DNA of 64,000 bases from Botryllus schlosseri. Lineage: Eukaryota. The first letter of the stretch is position 1. Every line of letters starts with the position of its first letter. A program made the position numbers and the translations under genes. The stretch is taken from the NCBI GenBank assembly GCA_051294905.1, contig CM119371.1, positions 310,001 to 374,000 on the forward strand, written 5' to 3'. Positions 41,160 to 53,942 of the stretch are shown one piece after another. The notes under the pieces were generated by a model. The model ran no database searches. It saw only the letters and a list, made by a program, of their open reading frames with translations, and was not told where the DNA came from.

Positions 41160-42160
41160 TACAGCTTGTTTGATGGAAATTATATTTTTATTGCAACTAG
41201 GATCATCTCTATTGGTGGAAAATTCATCAAAACTAGGGGCTTACGTTCCTTCTTCAAGGTACCGGTAGCCTAAATGGGTGACGATAAGTGCACTACTATC
41301 ATACTTAGATAATTAGACGATTATAGTTGTCTAATTAGACTAGTTAGAGCGAAATGTCGTTAATCTAATTTGAATATATTTTGTGAAATGATTCTCTGCT
41401 CCAATTCTAATCTAATTTGTCAAATTTTTATATGTTCTCATTTTAATTCAAACCCTGTAAATGCTACTGAGAGAACTGTATAGTGCGAAACGAGCCAAAC
41501 TTGTTTCGCAGACATTTTCTATTATCATGCTCACAAGAATAAACCATGATTTGATAGCAATGGAGCTGGATTCAATGACCTAGTTATTGCAGATTCAGTA
41601 ATTTTAATTCCAATCTAATTTGAAAAAATGTATAATTATACCTGCAGTTTTCATGTATTTTAACAGCTTGTTTCATGAAATGTATATTTTTAATGCCACT
41701 AGGATCATCTGTATGAGTGGAAAATTAATCAAAAATAGGTATGTGCGTTTTATCCTAAAGGTTGCCTAAAATAGGTGACGATAAGCGTACTCCTATCAAA
41801 CTTGGATAATTAAATAATTCTAGTTGTCTAATTAGACTAAATACCGCTAAATGCCTGTGATCTAATTCGAATAAAATTTGTGAAATGATTCTTTGCCCTG
41901 ATTCTGTCAAATATTTAGCTGTTCTCATTTCAACGCAAAGCCTATCTCTGGTTCTCCTGTAAATGCTACTAAGAGAATTGTGTAGTGCCAAACGAGCCAA
42001 GCTTGTTGTGAAGACATTTGCTATTATCATGCTCATGAGATTGAACCATGATTTGATGGTAACGGAACTAGAGTCAATGACCTATTTTTTTGCGGATTCC
42101 GTAATTCTAATTACAATCTAATTTAGAAAATGTATATCTCTAACTATAGTTTTAATGTAT
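41160..42160. repeat. Diverged tandem duplication of a ~500-bp unit (flank plus TCTAATT-family MITE part)
   Basis: acagcttgttt..atg.aa.t.tatattttta.tgc.actaggatcatct.tat..gtggaaaatt recurs at ~41161 and ~41662, and the downstream sequence stays collinear. Confidence 0.8.
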
Positions 42161-45100
42161 TTTGAGAAAATTAATGCGATAATTATAATTCTACTATAAT
42201 TTGGAAATAACTGTGTAGCGGCAATTTTTATTCTACTATATGTTGGAAAAAATTGTAACTGTAATTTCAGTTTGAATTCGAATTTGCAAAAGCAGGAAAT
42301 CTTCTAGATGACCGAGTTTGACTGAAACTTAATCTGGAATCTTGTCGATTTGCAGCACAACTCTCGAGCTCAAGGCGAGGGGAACGGGAAATTTGTAAGT
42401 TGTCACTTGCGATTACACAATAAAAGTATTCGACAACCAGTCACAGTAATAATATTTGAAATTCACATAGGCCTACTCCAGTACTTTTCAACCTTTCATT
42501 TAAACTATTGATACTTGCACCCGAGGAAGAAATGATTGGGATCACTCCAACTTCTGTTCGAGTTTAATCAATGACTATTTTGATAGTCTCTTTAGAAATT
42601 ATGTGACAACCTATTACGACCAATAACTCTATTTATTTCACCCCCAGCAGCTAAACAATCCCGACGCATTAATTATCGACCTACGCCGTATTGACATATA
42701 AATTCTTCGAGTATCTCATCAAATCTCAGTTTCATAATACAACAAATATTTCTTCCGATAAAATGAAATCTGTGTGATCTGAATGCAGCAAGTAATCAGG
42801 AATTGAAGTGACGCATTACTGCCGAAGATTAAATTTAGTATATATTGACAGAGGTGGTCGGTAACCAACTATCTCCACTTTTTAAAAGTATAAAAGTACG
42901 GTTCGCCCACTTACACAACTTACTTAAGTAGTTATTAGTTCAGACTACTTTTACTTCTATTTGACAACTTTCATTTTTTTTCAGCAAAACTAGGAGTGAT
43001 GTGAAAAGTATGTTGCGACTCGATGTGAAATGATGCATGACAGCGCTATTATATTCTTGCAGAATAAACCAAGTCTTTTTTTTCACAAAGCTACGTGTCA
43101 TGCACACCGTGTCAACGTTATGATGTCACTATCCGACATCACATCAGTTAATATTGTATATTAATTCAATTAATACACAGTTTGCGTCACAATATTTCTA
43201 AGCTGTTGTTTGAAACCGGATGTGCATGAGAAGGGATCGACGATGTAATGGAAGGATAAATCTCAACTCTCATTTTAGAACGGTCAGACTTCGTAAGATC
43301 TACTCACCTATTATAAAAATCGTAGTCGAGTCGCTTCCAGGCAGCCGTAGCTCGGAACACTGAAATAAGAAATAAGTTATATAGCTTAAAATGCTTGTTA
43401 GCAAAATATGTATGCATCCCATGCTCTGTTGCTGAGCCTATTGCGTTATATCTGAAACAGTCATCAGGCTCGAAGAGAGTTGAAATCATTAAAAAATATA
43501 AATGAATTGTGTGCTACGATACACGGTGGTTTAGTTATGGTAAGTAGACGTACTGAACCTGCGCTTATCTACTAATTCAAATCCGAATCCTATTCCTGAT
43601 GATACATCAAAAGCCAAGTATTTAATTTGTCTTGCGTCCATATCCTCGTCTAACCTGCCATCAATTACAATTTGTATGCCGATTTTTCGGCTCACAAAAT
43701 TTGGGGGCGATGATCGGTGTGGTGCTTGAAAATGGGGCGTTGATTCGAAAAATGTTGGGAAACACTGATCTAAAGCCAGGCAAAAGAGATGACACGTGAC
43801 CTCAATACCATAGAGATGCATAAAGTGGATTCGTAACATCGTGAAATTATTTGTTATAGTTTCCGTTCAAAAGCGGTGGCTTTCAAAGGGAACATTGCTG
43901 CGGCCAAAATGTTTTTCATACTCTCCACTTTCATTTCAGACAACATTATATTTAGAGCGCAGTGTCGTTTTAATGTGTTATAGTTTTGTCAGTGGGCAGT
44001 GAAATAAGAAATCACACACAATATGATGCCCAGGCAGTAGAATGTATATTACGTATATCTAATCCAATTAGATATGAGAATGAGTGAAAGTAACTCTAAT
44101 CCATTTGTAAAACATTCCCTGCAATATGCAGCTAATTATTTACATATTGTCAATCGATTCAAATCACTAAATTTATATTCGATTTATATTCGCACCGGTT
44201 CCACGTTCTGTGAGATACTTTCACAGAACGAATATGAACTCGCATATTCGTTTTCGTATCAAAGGTAAATCGAACAAAGTAATCCCGAATGCTATTTTAA
44301 GAATTATAGTACTTGATTAGGTTGGACAAAACGATTTCGGAATTAATGCAATGTTGTTGATTATAATTCAGTTCTACCTAAAAGAATGCACAATGCCCAT
44401 GAATGATGAAATGATTCGTATCAACGCCAATATAAAAAGTGAGATGCTGTATGACATAAAACCACGAATCCTACAAAGAGGAGGTCAAGAACGAAGTAAC
44501 TCTACTTTATCAGACTACTCAAGTAGTGCTGTCTACTTGCATCGATTAATCAAGGGGTTGTCATTTTAGACTACTTCTGTTTCTACTTCTTGTCACAGTT
44601 GTTAGTCAAAACTACTTACTTTATACAATATTGATTTTGTAAAGTATCAAGTTGTTCCTAGCTGCGTATTCGTCATCGTTTTCAGTGAAATTCTTATAGG
44701 AGCCGCCTTAAATGGCCCATGTATCACGGTAACTGCATGAACATATTTTCAAAGATTCCACTCACTTGCAGTGTCATTAGTCATTTTGCATTAGCCGCGA
44801 AGATATATCTTGCAATTTCGAAAGTAGATAACTCCTATAAACTGCTAAAAGTATGCGGTCCTTCGACCAAATCTACTTTTTGAAACTACTTATTTGACTA
44901 CATTTCAGACTAATACATTTTCCACTTCCACCTCAAGTCCATTTGTTATTTCTTGGAAATTGCTACTTCAACTTGTATATCAGCGGCAGCTTACAACGCT
45001 ATTTATCGTTCTACATGAGTCTTAACTTCGACTACTCTGACTACCTCTAATCATTCATGAACTCGTGTTAGCAACTCTCAGAACCTATCAGAGTCGGTTT

Positions 45101-45735
45101 GGTCACCAGATGTCGCAAATAGCCTACATGAAGTATTAAATTTGTTCCAAAGTTATATAAGTATATGAAAGTGGTTTACAAGTTTCTTTGACTTATCGTC
45201 CCCTTATCAAACTCGATATATCTTTATCACGCCCATAATGGTGGAAGTACTATCAGCAGCGAAGTTGTGCTTTTCTGTAGTACTCATTATTATATACTTG
45301 TTTTGCTTACTCAAGTAGTTTTGTTCGTATACTACCTCTACGTCAACAATTTTTATATGGTGAATACTAATTTATGCATACTTGACATTGTCAAGTAAAG
45401 TAGATTTCGACCAACGTTAACGATGCCTTGCTTCGAAATTGATATACAAGTTCACAATCAGCAACGTGTGAAAGATCATGCCTGAATTTCGTACAACAAT
45501 TAATCGCATTAAGTATGGCTATCGAATGAAACTAAAATTCATGAATACCGTGTGTTATCACATAACCCTGGTAACGACACTATGTCATGCATGAAACTAA
45601 AGCCCCATGATTTCTAGCGTTGGTAACAAATTGGACCTGTTATGTGAATCGCCCATTTCATTAGAAGTGATCGCGCTCATGTAATATAACTAATAAAACG
45701 TATCTAAGATACGATGCAACCAAACTATGACTCAC

Positions 45736-48058
45736 AATATAAAACTTCCAACTCAGTATCGAGATCATTTGCAATCTTCCAGACTTTCTGCAATTCGTTT
45801 CCTTTCAACATATCATCTTTATCGTAATATATCAATGTTACTTTCTTCAAATTTGAGTTGTTGACGAGAGACGAAATCTCATCGAGTGAAGGACGATATT
45901 CTTCTTCGAATATGCATCTGATATATTCGATCTGCGGTGAGAAATTATGACTATTAGTACTATGTCTTACAATTATGCTTACCACTGTGGTTGACTATTT
46001 GACAAGGGGCCATGATGTTTTACAATATACTTTAGATCATGGGTGTCAAACATACGGCCCACGGGCCGCATCCGGCCCTCTAGGATATTCTGAAAAAATG
46101 GCTGTATTATCTGGCACATTTCTAACAAATGTCGAGATTTTTACTACGAAACACTTCCACTCTCCCAAGACAGAAAATGTCGAGCATGTTCATAGTAGAG
46201 GTCGACCGATATTGATTTTGACAGGCCGATACCGATATATATCGGTACACTCACAAGGCTGATACCGATATCATAGGCCAATATTAATACAGAAGGAGCA
46301 GAAAACAATTTCACCAAAAATATTATATATTAAGCAAGAGAGCACTTGTTCATGCTACAGAAAGCAGAAAAACAAACGAGAAAACTGCAATTGAAAACAA
46401 TTATTGCTTTATTGTAATTTGGGATAACCCAAAAAGCAAAACATGATACATTATTAGGGATTATTCCAGGAAAGGTAGATTGTAATGCAGAAAGCATATA
46501 TTTTCTCTGCATGCTCACCCAGTTAAACTCGTCCTGCATGGTTAAATCAGTCATATATCGCCTTTTGCGTCGTAGATTTCTTGTGATTGAGAACACAGAG
46601 CATTGAATTTCCGAAATTTTTGAATTTTTTTAAAATATAAAATATCGGCCGCGAAGCGGGAAAGCTCTAAATATCGGCTTCGATAATCGGCCATGTCGAT
46701 AATCGGTCGACCTCTAGTTCATAGGCCAAATTATAACCATCCGACAGTGGTGTTGAGGTTAGACTGTAGAGAACATCAGCAACAAGTCAATGCAATTGAC
46801 AATAGTATTGCCATATGCCCTCTTTTTTGAAAGTGTTCCTGTTTTGGAAATTTTGGTTGAATGTATGTGAAAATTCAACTGAGAAATTGGAAATGGGTAC
46901 TGGAGAAACTGTCCGGCGGGTCTTTCGTGAGCTGAGCCAAAAAGGTGACCTTTTTTTATTCAATCAACTACAAACTTGGAATAAATTTACCAATTTTTCC
47001 GGATTTCACTCCTGTATTGTAAGTCTGAATTTTTTTTAAAAGGTTTTTTTTTCAAACTCCCAAAATATGGTTACCCTAATTGACACTCACTTCAGAGAAG
47101 GCAAAAAAGTGCTCAGTGAGTTCACAGTTTTATGGAAAAACGGACCACAAAGTATAGTTTTCTGCAGAAGTGGATAATATAATTGTGACACCAAAATATA
47201 ATTTAAATATCTGTGGTCGCACTCCTTTTTCGCTTATGACTCAACATCTCCTTGGCTGCCGGAGAAACCCGAATCGCGATGTAAAAACGATGAACCAAAT
47301 TTCAACGTCTAAGTTTACGTTAAATCGCTTGTATTCCTCACAACGCATAAACAGGACTATATTGTCAGATTCCGGCAAAAACAAAGCTATCATTGCAATA
47401 TGAGAACATATATTGTCGGTGAAGCCGCTGTTTTAGCAATTTATGAAACTATTTAACCGGCCAATCATCGTAATTTCGCCAAGTCGGTATTTTGCGAATA
47501 AAGGTATTGATGGAATAGAACCAGATTGCCCGTGATATAACGCAATTATTATAATGCGTATAAGTTTTATAATTGAGTATTCAAGTGAAAAGCAAGGGTA
47601 TTGATTTAGAGGAAATATTTTGGAATCATTTGACTGGTCCGGCCCGCGAGTGCTCTGAAGGGTTGAATCCTACCCGTGACGCCAGTTGAGTTTGACACCC
47701 CTGCTTAAGATGAACAAATTGCCGGGAACCACAAACTCTGCAACTGCGGTGGATATCTCGGGCATGGAATATAAGTTAATTCATGTGGAGGGGACTCATA
47801 TTCTGCGGCAGAATTCAATGATAAACGTGCGATGGTGGGAGAAGAACGTTCTATATATCCAATGCAACTAATACTGGATGATAAGTACTACCTTCTTTTG
47901 CTGACAAGCTTCTAACATCTTCCTGAATTCATCTGCTTTCTCAACGTAAAACATTGCATGGATATGAATGGGAACGGAAATTGCTCTCCCGCGCTCCAAA
48001 ATTAGTTTGTAATCATCTACGGGTATCTGGCCATTCACGGCAATATCCAGGAGATCCA
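45736..48058 (-). CDS. Probable host-gene exons of unknown product (~48058-47892 and 45931-45736); the upstream exon is cut by the hAT remnant
   Basis: Protein-like open frames LDLLDIAVNGQIPVDDYKLILERG...EACQQKK|gt and ag|IEYIRCIFEEEYRPSLDEISSLV...ELEVLY|gtgagt with matching phase 0. No family recognised. Confidence 0.45.
46038..47703. mobile_element. Buster-type non-autonomous element with two nested MITEs (46196-46716 and 46803-47078)
   Basis: CATGGGTGTCAAAC...GTTTGACACCCCTG with TSD ctttagat/cttaagat. Confidence 0.82.
46196..46716. mobile_element. hAT-type MITE with CCGATA repeats
   Basis: 15-bp perfect TIR TAGAGGTCGACCGAT and perfect TSD GTTCATAG. Confidence 0.93.
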
Positions 48059-48192
48059 ATTGCTCTCTCGCGTCGTACAATTCAGCGTCGGCAAGATGAT
48101 ATCGCCAAACAGTTGACGATCTCCCTGCAGACAAAGGTTAATGAGGAAGCAACTTTATTTTCACTGGCTATCGACGAATCGACTGACATTAA

Positions 48193-48408
48193 AGGGGCAC
48201 TGCGCTCAAAAAATGATGTGGTCTCAAATTGAAGAGTAGAACGAAAAAAAAATTTTGGCCGCAGCCGTTTTCTTCAGAACGCCACCGTAATGGAGCTGCA
48301 ATTTATTGAAATTTCCAGAGTTGCAGCAGTCGCGGCTCCGGATAATCTCTTAACCCGTAACATGGCACGATGACTTCATCGTCGCACTTGCTCGACGCGA
48401 TTACGCAG
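48193..48408 (+). repeat. Left TIR of the Kolobok (216 bp; degenerate extension to ~48470)
   Basis: Reverse complement of 56832-57047 with one mismatch seen (ataatCtctt vs ataatAtctt). After an 8-bp indel, weaker similarity continues for ~60 bp. Confidence 0.95.
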
Positions 48409-48818
48409 AGGACGAACTTTAGATAGTTGTCAGTCGATGTTATGAATGACTCATGTCTTGCACACCAAGGCGGCGCTCAACGTACGGTGTTAGGTCAGGA
48501 GGATTTGTGTCTGGAGCTTGTCACGACTCTATAGTATTTGCCAGTTGAATGATACTGAGATGCCGTTACAGTTGTATATTGATGCAGATACAGCTGTCAT
48601 TTTCAAGATGTATTATTGACTGCACAGTGCACAACCTTTGGAGTAGTGGTCTTGCGGAAGAGACAGACACATGATATTTTGCATCATTTACCCATGGCAT
48701 AGCAACTGTCTTGATACTGTCTAGTTTACTTGTTCAAGACACAGATGTATAGATAATCAACACGAAAATTTCATTCTCATCAAAGTTCCAATATTGTTGT
48801 GGAATTTTTTGTCGTAAC

Positions 48819-51800
48819 TAGGGTTCCGGTAAATATCAATTTGCCTCTGATTCGAAGCGATAAAATCGATCCATAATAAAAACCATGATTTTTTTGATTT
48901 TTATTACTATTTTTACTTAGAACAACTGAAACAACAACAACAATGAGTTTGAGACGATTGAAAATCATCTAAATGAAGGTGCTGCTGCAAATCTCATCAA
49001 CTGAATAATTCGAGGCTCTGAATCTTCATCTGCGTACTGGAAAATATTCAACCCAGCAGAGAAATGTTGGTGACTAGGATTGTCCGATATCTGTTCTAGT
49101 ACCAATCCGACATGTTGCGTCAAATCAGCAGCATCCGTAACGGTTGCATCTTCAGTAGCATCTTCATCATGAGCATAGCTGTTGATGTCTGGAGTGGTCT
49201 CGGCCAGCAAGGCGTTGATTTTTCTCATCGCCTTTTCCACTTTGCCAGTTCCAGAGTCAGTATCCATGAAGTGATCTTTCACTCGAAGCATAACTTCAAG
49301 ATTTGTTTGTGTTAGGCGATTGCGACTCTTGGTTGCAGTTGCTGCCGCAGATGACCAAAGCCTCTCACAAGACGCAGCATGTGGAACGCACGAAAGAACA
49401 GTCCTGGCGAGTTTTGAAAGTTCCGGAGAAAGAACAGCTAAATCCTTCCAGAATAATGCCGGCCGTGCCGTTAAAAACGGTACCCAGATAGTGGATTCTG
49501 CATCAAAAACTCCTAAAAAAAAATCAGGGTAATATCAGAAACGTGCAGTGATAGGTGTGCAGTGTGCACTGGTAGACTCACCTTCTTTACAATCATAGTC
49601 GAACCAGTGTTTGATGAGGTTAGAAGCAGATTCATCATTGAAGCTTGGTTCTATTTTTGAAAATATTTTTTTGGCGAGATCCCGAACAAGCCTTTTGCCA
49701 GTCATGTTCAAGCCACAGCCTCTAACTCGGGGATCTAGAACCCAGGCCACTAGATGATGGTCCTCGACATAGTTTTCTGTTCTTCGTTGCATCTTTGATA
49801 AAACCAGACTCTTCTCATCAGCATCCAGAGCGGTAGTCTTTTTTATCTCAAGCTTGAGCCACATCCAGCCTGATAGGATTAGCCCAGCGGAAGTATTGTC
49901 CAATTCTGAGATGGCTGTAAAAATGCAAGATTTACGATTCAAACATTTCACCTGTTAACTCTTAGTTAAATGTTGGGGAGTAAAAAGAACTACAATCCTT
50001 GTTGTTTCCATTAATAATCAAGATGTTCAAATTGATCATGTATTGTGGTGTAGCGGTAATATGGTAATATCAGTTTATCATCAAGGAATGCAACTTATTT
50101 ACAATATAATTTGAATGAAGTAGCATAGTTATGATTGCCAGTGTCGAACAGTCGTCTCGTTACTTTTTTGCTCAGAGTGTTGTTCAACTGCCTCAATATG
50201 AAGTTTTTCAGCAACTAACCAGTAATGACATAATATGGCTTGAGTAGACCATAGATCGCTTTAGTATCTTCCCAAAATTTCTTATCATTGATGATTGTTC
50301 GGACAGTACATGCACTCGCTGTATTCAAGTGCGGTTTCGACGTTTCTTGAACAAACACAACCTTCAAAATAAGATGACTTCATGCAAATGTCACAGAAAT
50401 CTATGAATTACTTACTTGAATAGCTGTTTCAACATTTATGACATGCTTCAATGTTTCAGAGAAGGAATACCATCTTGACTCGCTAGGTAACCACATGGGG
50501 ATCTTTTCCCGGCCCATATATCGAGAGATTGAGCTACGGAGAGCAACTGATCGTCGGATGAAAGATGCAACAGTGATCACCTTTTCAACTATATTCCACA
50601 CACGACTGATGCCCATCAGGTCTTTAACGAGAAGATTCGACTGGTGAGCCAGACATGCACCTGTCAAGGTTATGCCCGATTCAGAATTCTGAAAAACAAA
50701 TCTCATGGTTATACTAACTCCAAAAACAATGATTACTATTAAAACCAAATGATACAGACATACCTGCACGAGCAATCGTCTCGCTTTCACATAAGCGCTG
50801 GCGCTATCAGACACAAAGTTGAGCAATAGTTTTCCATTGGATTTCATTCCAAGCAGTTCTTTTGCTTTTTGAGTGACATCTTGCACAATGTCTTCACTTC
50901 GTTTGGTTGGATCGGAGGGTTCAACCGCTAACAGTTTCTTTGAACCCAACTCATTAACAATGATCCAACTTGAAAAGCTGCAAAATAGAATTTGAGCATG
51001 TTTTATATTACCTAGATGAGATTTGCTATCAGACAGGCATGCATATTATGCAACATACTTTTGACTGGAACTACTTGTCCATGTGTCACTAACAATCGTC
51101 AGAGTATGAGCATTATTGACAAATTGTTCAATTGCAGTGGATACTTTTGAGTTGAGACCACATAGTATGGAGCCGGATGCCTGTTCTGCGCTCGGCAAAT
51201 TAAAATCTGGTCGCAACGAATGACAAAATCGTCTGAAATGCTCGTTGTTTAGCTGATTCCAAGGTATATTTCCTGTGTAAAATAAAACATGATGCGGGAT
51301 ATTATCACTAAAAAATGAATGTCCAAATGCATGAATACCTGAGATAAATGACAGAACAAGCGACTCGTAACTGGAATATTCTTGGTTCTTCGTCAAGGGT
51401 CTAGTCACATAGTTGGTTATAGTCTTCTGTCCAGAAAAATCTTGCTGCAGCGCATTACTAGAGCCTGGGCCTTCATCAGATTCTTGGAACTCTGACCTCA
51501 ACTTCTGAGGCGTCTTCTTGCAAGTCTAGAGATACAATAATCCACACTTGATTTATTAGACTCCATGACTGAGAAGGTTCAAGCCGTCAATGGAGCGTGT
51601 ACTTTCTTATACACAGCATGACCATGACAAACCACGGTTGCCGATATTAATATTGATTCATCACTACGGTATAGTGCGATCATTTATCACCCATACCCGT
51701 TGCCTCGAAGACTACCACACCTTACCCTAGCCCCAAACCTATCCTATCTACAATACCCCAGCCATAATTGCATGATGATACGTAACATCATAACCCTATA

Positions 51801-52585
51801 ATTATTGACGCCATAAGCTGAGACATGTTCATGGGGAACACTAGCTATTGATAATCTTGTAGTTGTGGATGATGAAGTAGGCTCAAAAGATGTTGTCTAG
51901 GACTATGTGCTAAGTATCTTTCGGTTGACGCGTTGCAGATCAGATATTACCACATCAAGCATAAGCAAGGGTTTTTAGATATGCAAAGAGAATTCGGTAG
52001 CAGTGCTGTGCCCATACCCTGTCAACGTATCACCATGCACATACAGTATTCAAGCGATTACATGAATTGGATTCACTCATAATACAGTAACATGGTATCT
52101 TACCTGCGTATGAGTTTTCATTCTGCTTACTTGACCCATCATATCAGCACCGCAATAAATGCAAACAGCTCTTTTGCTTCGCTTTGGCATTAGAGATGCG
52201 GGAATCTCCCGATATATACTCCAGATTGAGTTTCGTTTTCGCCCTCCCACCATCGCCTTGTAAACAGCAGCACCACGGACACACCGAATCAACAACAAAG
52301 CTCAAGAACTGGCTGATTACCGTCACCGCCTATTGCGAGCACTGTGTTCCCGCCTTGCCCTCGATTCGCTAAACCGTGCCGGTACCGGTGACGAAAAACG
52401 ATGTCCGGGTTGTGTCAATATACATTGGTTGTCCAAAAAATATATTCACGCGTCTTTTTAAAAATAAAAAATAAAAACCAAAAAATCATTTATATCAAAA
52501 CGGTAAAATTAAAATCAAAAATCAAAGGAAAAATCATGATTTAATCACACTGATTTAAATCAGCCTGATATTTACCAGAACCCTA
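48819..52585 (-). mobile_element. Autonomous-looking hAT (Ac-type) transposon nested in the Kolobok, 3767 bp
   Basis: 20-bp TIRs TAGGGTTC(C/T)GGTAAATATCA. Perfect 8-bp TSD GTCGTAAC at 48811-48818 and 52586-52593. A/T-rich subterminal AAATCA-type repeats. Encodes a full transposase. Confidence 0.95.
48965..52253 (-). CDS. hAT transposase (BED zinc finger, DUF659-like core, hAT C-terminal dimerisation region), 8 exons, 686 aa, apparently intact
   Basis: Exons 52253-52104, 51525-51339, 51272-51059, 50977-50764, 50688-50416, 50361-50220, 49914-49582 and 49512-48965 are all GT-AG, total 2061 nt, no stop seen. BED finger IW..Y...CIYC...MKTHTQTC. Core motifs TIVSDTWT, FVSDSASAY, CLAHQSNL, SESRWYS, LDPR and ASCERLWS...KSRNRL. 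Confidence 0.9.
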
Positions 52586-52698
52586 GTCGTAACATTGTTG
52601 TTCTCAGTTTCACAAACGAATCTTCTGTCTCCATCAGTTCATTCATGCAATTCCTTTGACACGTAGATATCGTAAAATTTGTTAAAATTATTAATGGT

Positions 52699-53642
52699 AT
52701 GGAAGAAGATCTTGTTGATGAATTAACTTCTGATGAAGATACAGATGTAGAAGATTTCGATGATATCACGATATTTGGTGAGAGCCTGCCGTATCAATTC
52801 GAGCCACAATATTCAGAGGAGGAATTCGCCCGTCTTGTTGCAACTCAAGAAGCACAAACTCATGTCTCTGTAAGTATTGTACCTGTGTTTCTTGAATGCA
52901 ATTTATCAATCTCATTGTATTGGTCAAAGGAATCGTCAGAAAACCAGAGTCAACTTCGGACACTTGACAACAATGAATGGTGCAGTTGCTTGAACTGTGC
53001 ATCCATGACAAACCAGAATGAACGCGTCTGCTGCAGGGAAATACAACAAATAATGTAGCTTCTGGGGAATGGAGGGTCGACTTGCATAACAGAACATGAC
53101 GATTTTCTCGTACATATACATCCCTCCATTCTTGAAACGTTTTTCAAAGTGAACAGGAAAAATTGGAATAATAACAATCAACCACATGGTCCTGGCAGAA
53201 GGCTTTCTAACAAGTGGGTCCTAGAACATTTTGTTTGTGTTGTTTAGTATTGGACTTATATGTATGCGACAGGGTCTTGGGACTTATGACATGGTTCCTG
53301 GATATAAACGGCAATCTCCTGCATTCTTTACATTTTCTCGCATGCTTTTATATAAATGCCTACACTTTATAAATTGGGAGCATTATACTGTCATATATAT
53401 GCTGCTATTACTTTTCAGCATTATTTTTATTGCTGCAATATACTTTGATTTTTTCCAATTGCAGACAATATCGCTTGGTGTCTTATCGACACATACTGGA
53501 ATGGATTATTGATGGCGACGTTTTGGGTAGCAAAAACAGGATGCCCTTGCCAGCCTGCATCGTGACTGCTATAAGGAAAAAGTACCCTAGTGATGATGGA
53601 CTGTATGTCGGTTTCAAATGGCCGATAGAAAACGAACTGTGA
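52699..53642 (+). pseudogene. KolX-like accessory gene (homolog of the P2X7 cytoplasmic 'ballast' domain), 3 exons (52699-52869, 52930-53213, 53465-53642), ~210 codons with an in-frame TAG at 53056-53058
   Basis: Acidic N-terminus with PYQFEP, then WCSCLNC...ERVCCREI...CITEHDDF and NKQYRLVSYRHILEWI...LGSKNRMPLPACIVTAIRKKYPSDDGLYVGFK, the motif series of the P2RX7 C-terminal/KolX family. Introns are GT-AG. The gene lies tail-to-tail with the transposase. Confidence 0.87.
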
Positions 53643-53942
53643 TTGATAACACTGCGGCTATGCTATATAAGTCGAAATCAGTTCTGTTGCTGTATTATTA
53701 CACAGTGAACTGGAACTGTTTGCATTCTATATTCCACGAATGCCTGCAGGGCCTGATACATCAAGACTTACTCGTTATTTATTAAAATTTATTAAAATAA
53801 ATAATAAAAAAGAAACATCAAAGGACTTTATAGCCAGGGTATTACAACGGGGCAGTCAGGCAGTGTGGAAGAATGAAATTGAGCTATTTAGCACTGCACC
53901 ACATTCCATTCAACTTGAAGATAGGGATTAGTAAGTCACGTT

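Noticed and set aside
52699..53642. A genuine P2X7 purinoceptor gene
   Set aside because: Only the cytoplasmic-tail-like region is present, with no transmembrane or ectodomain exons, and it lies inside Kolobok TIRs.
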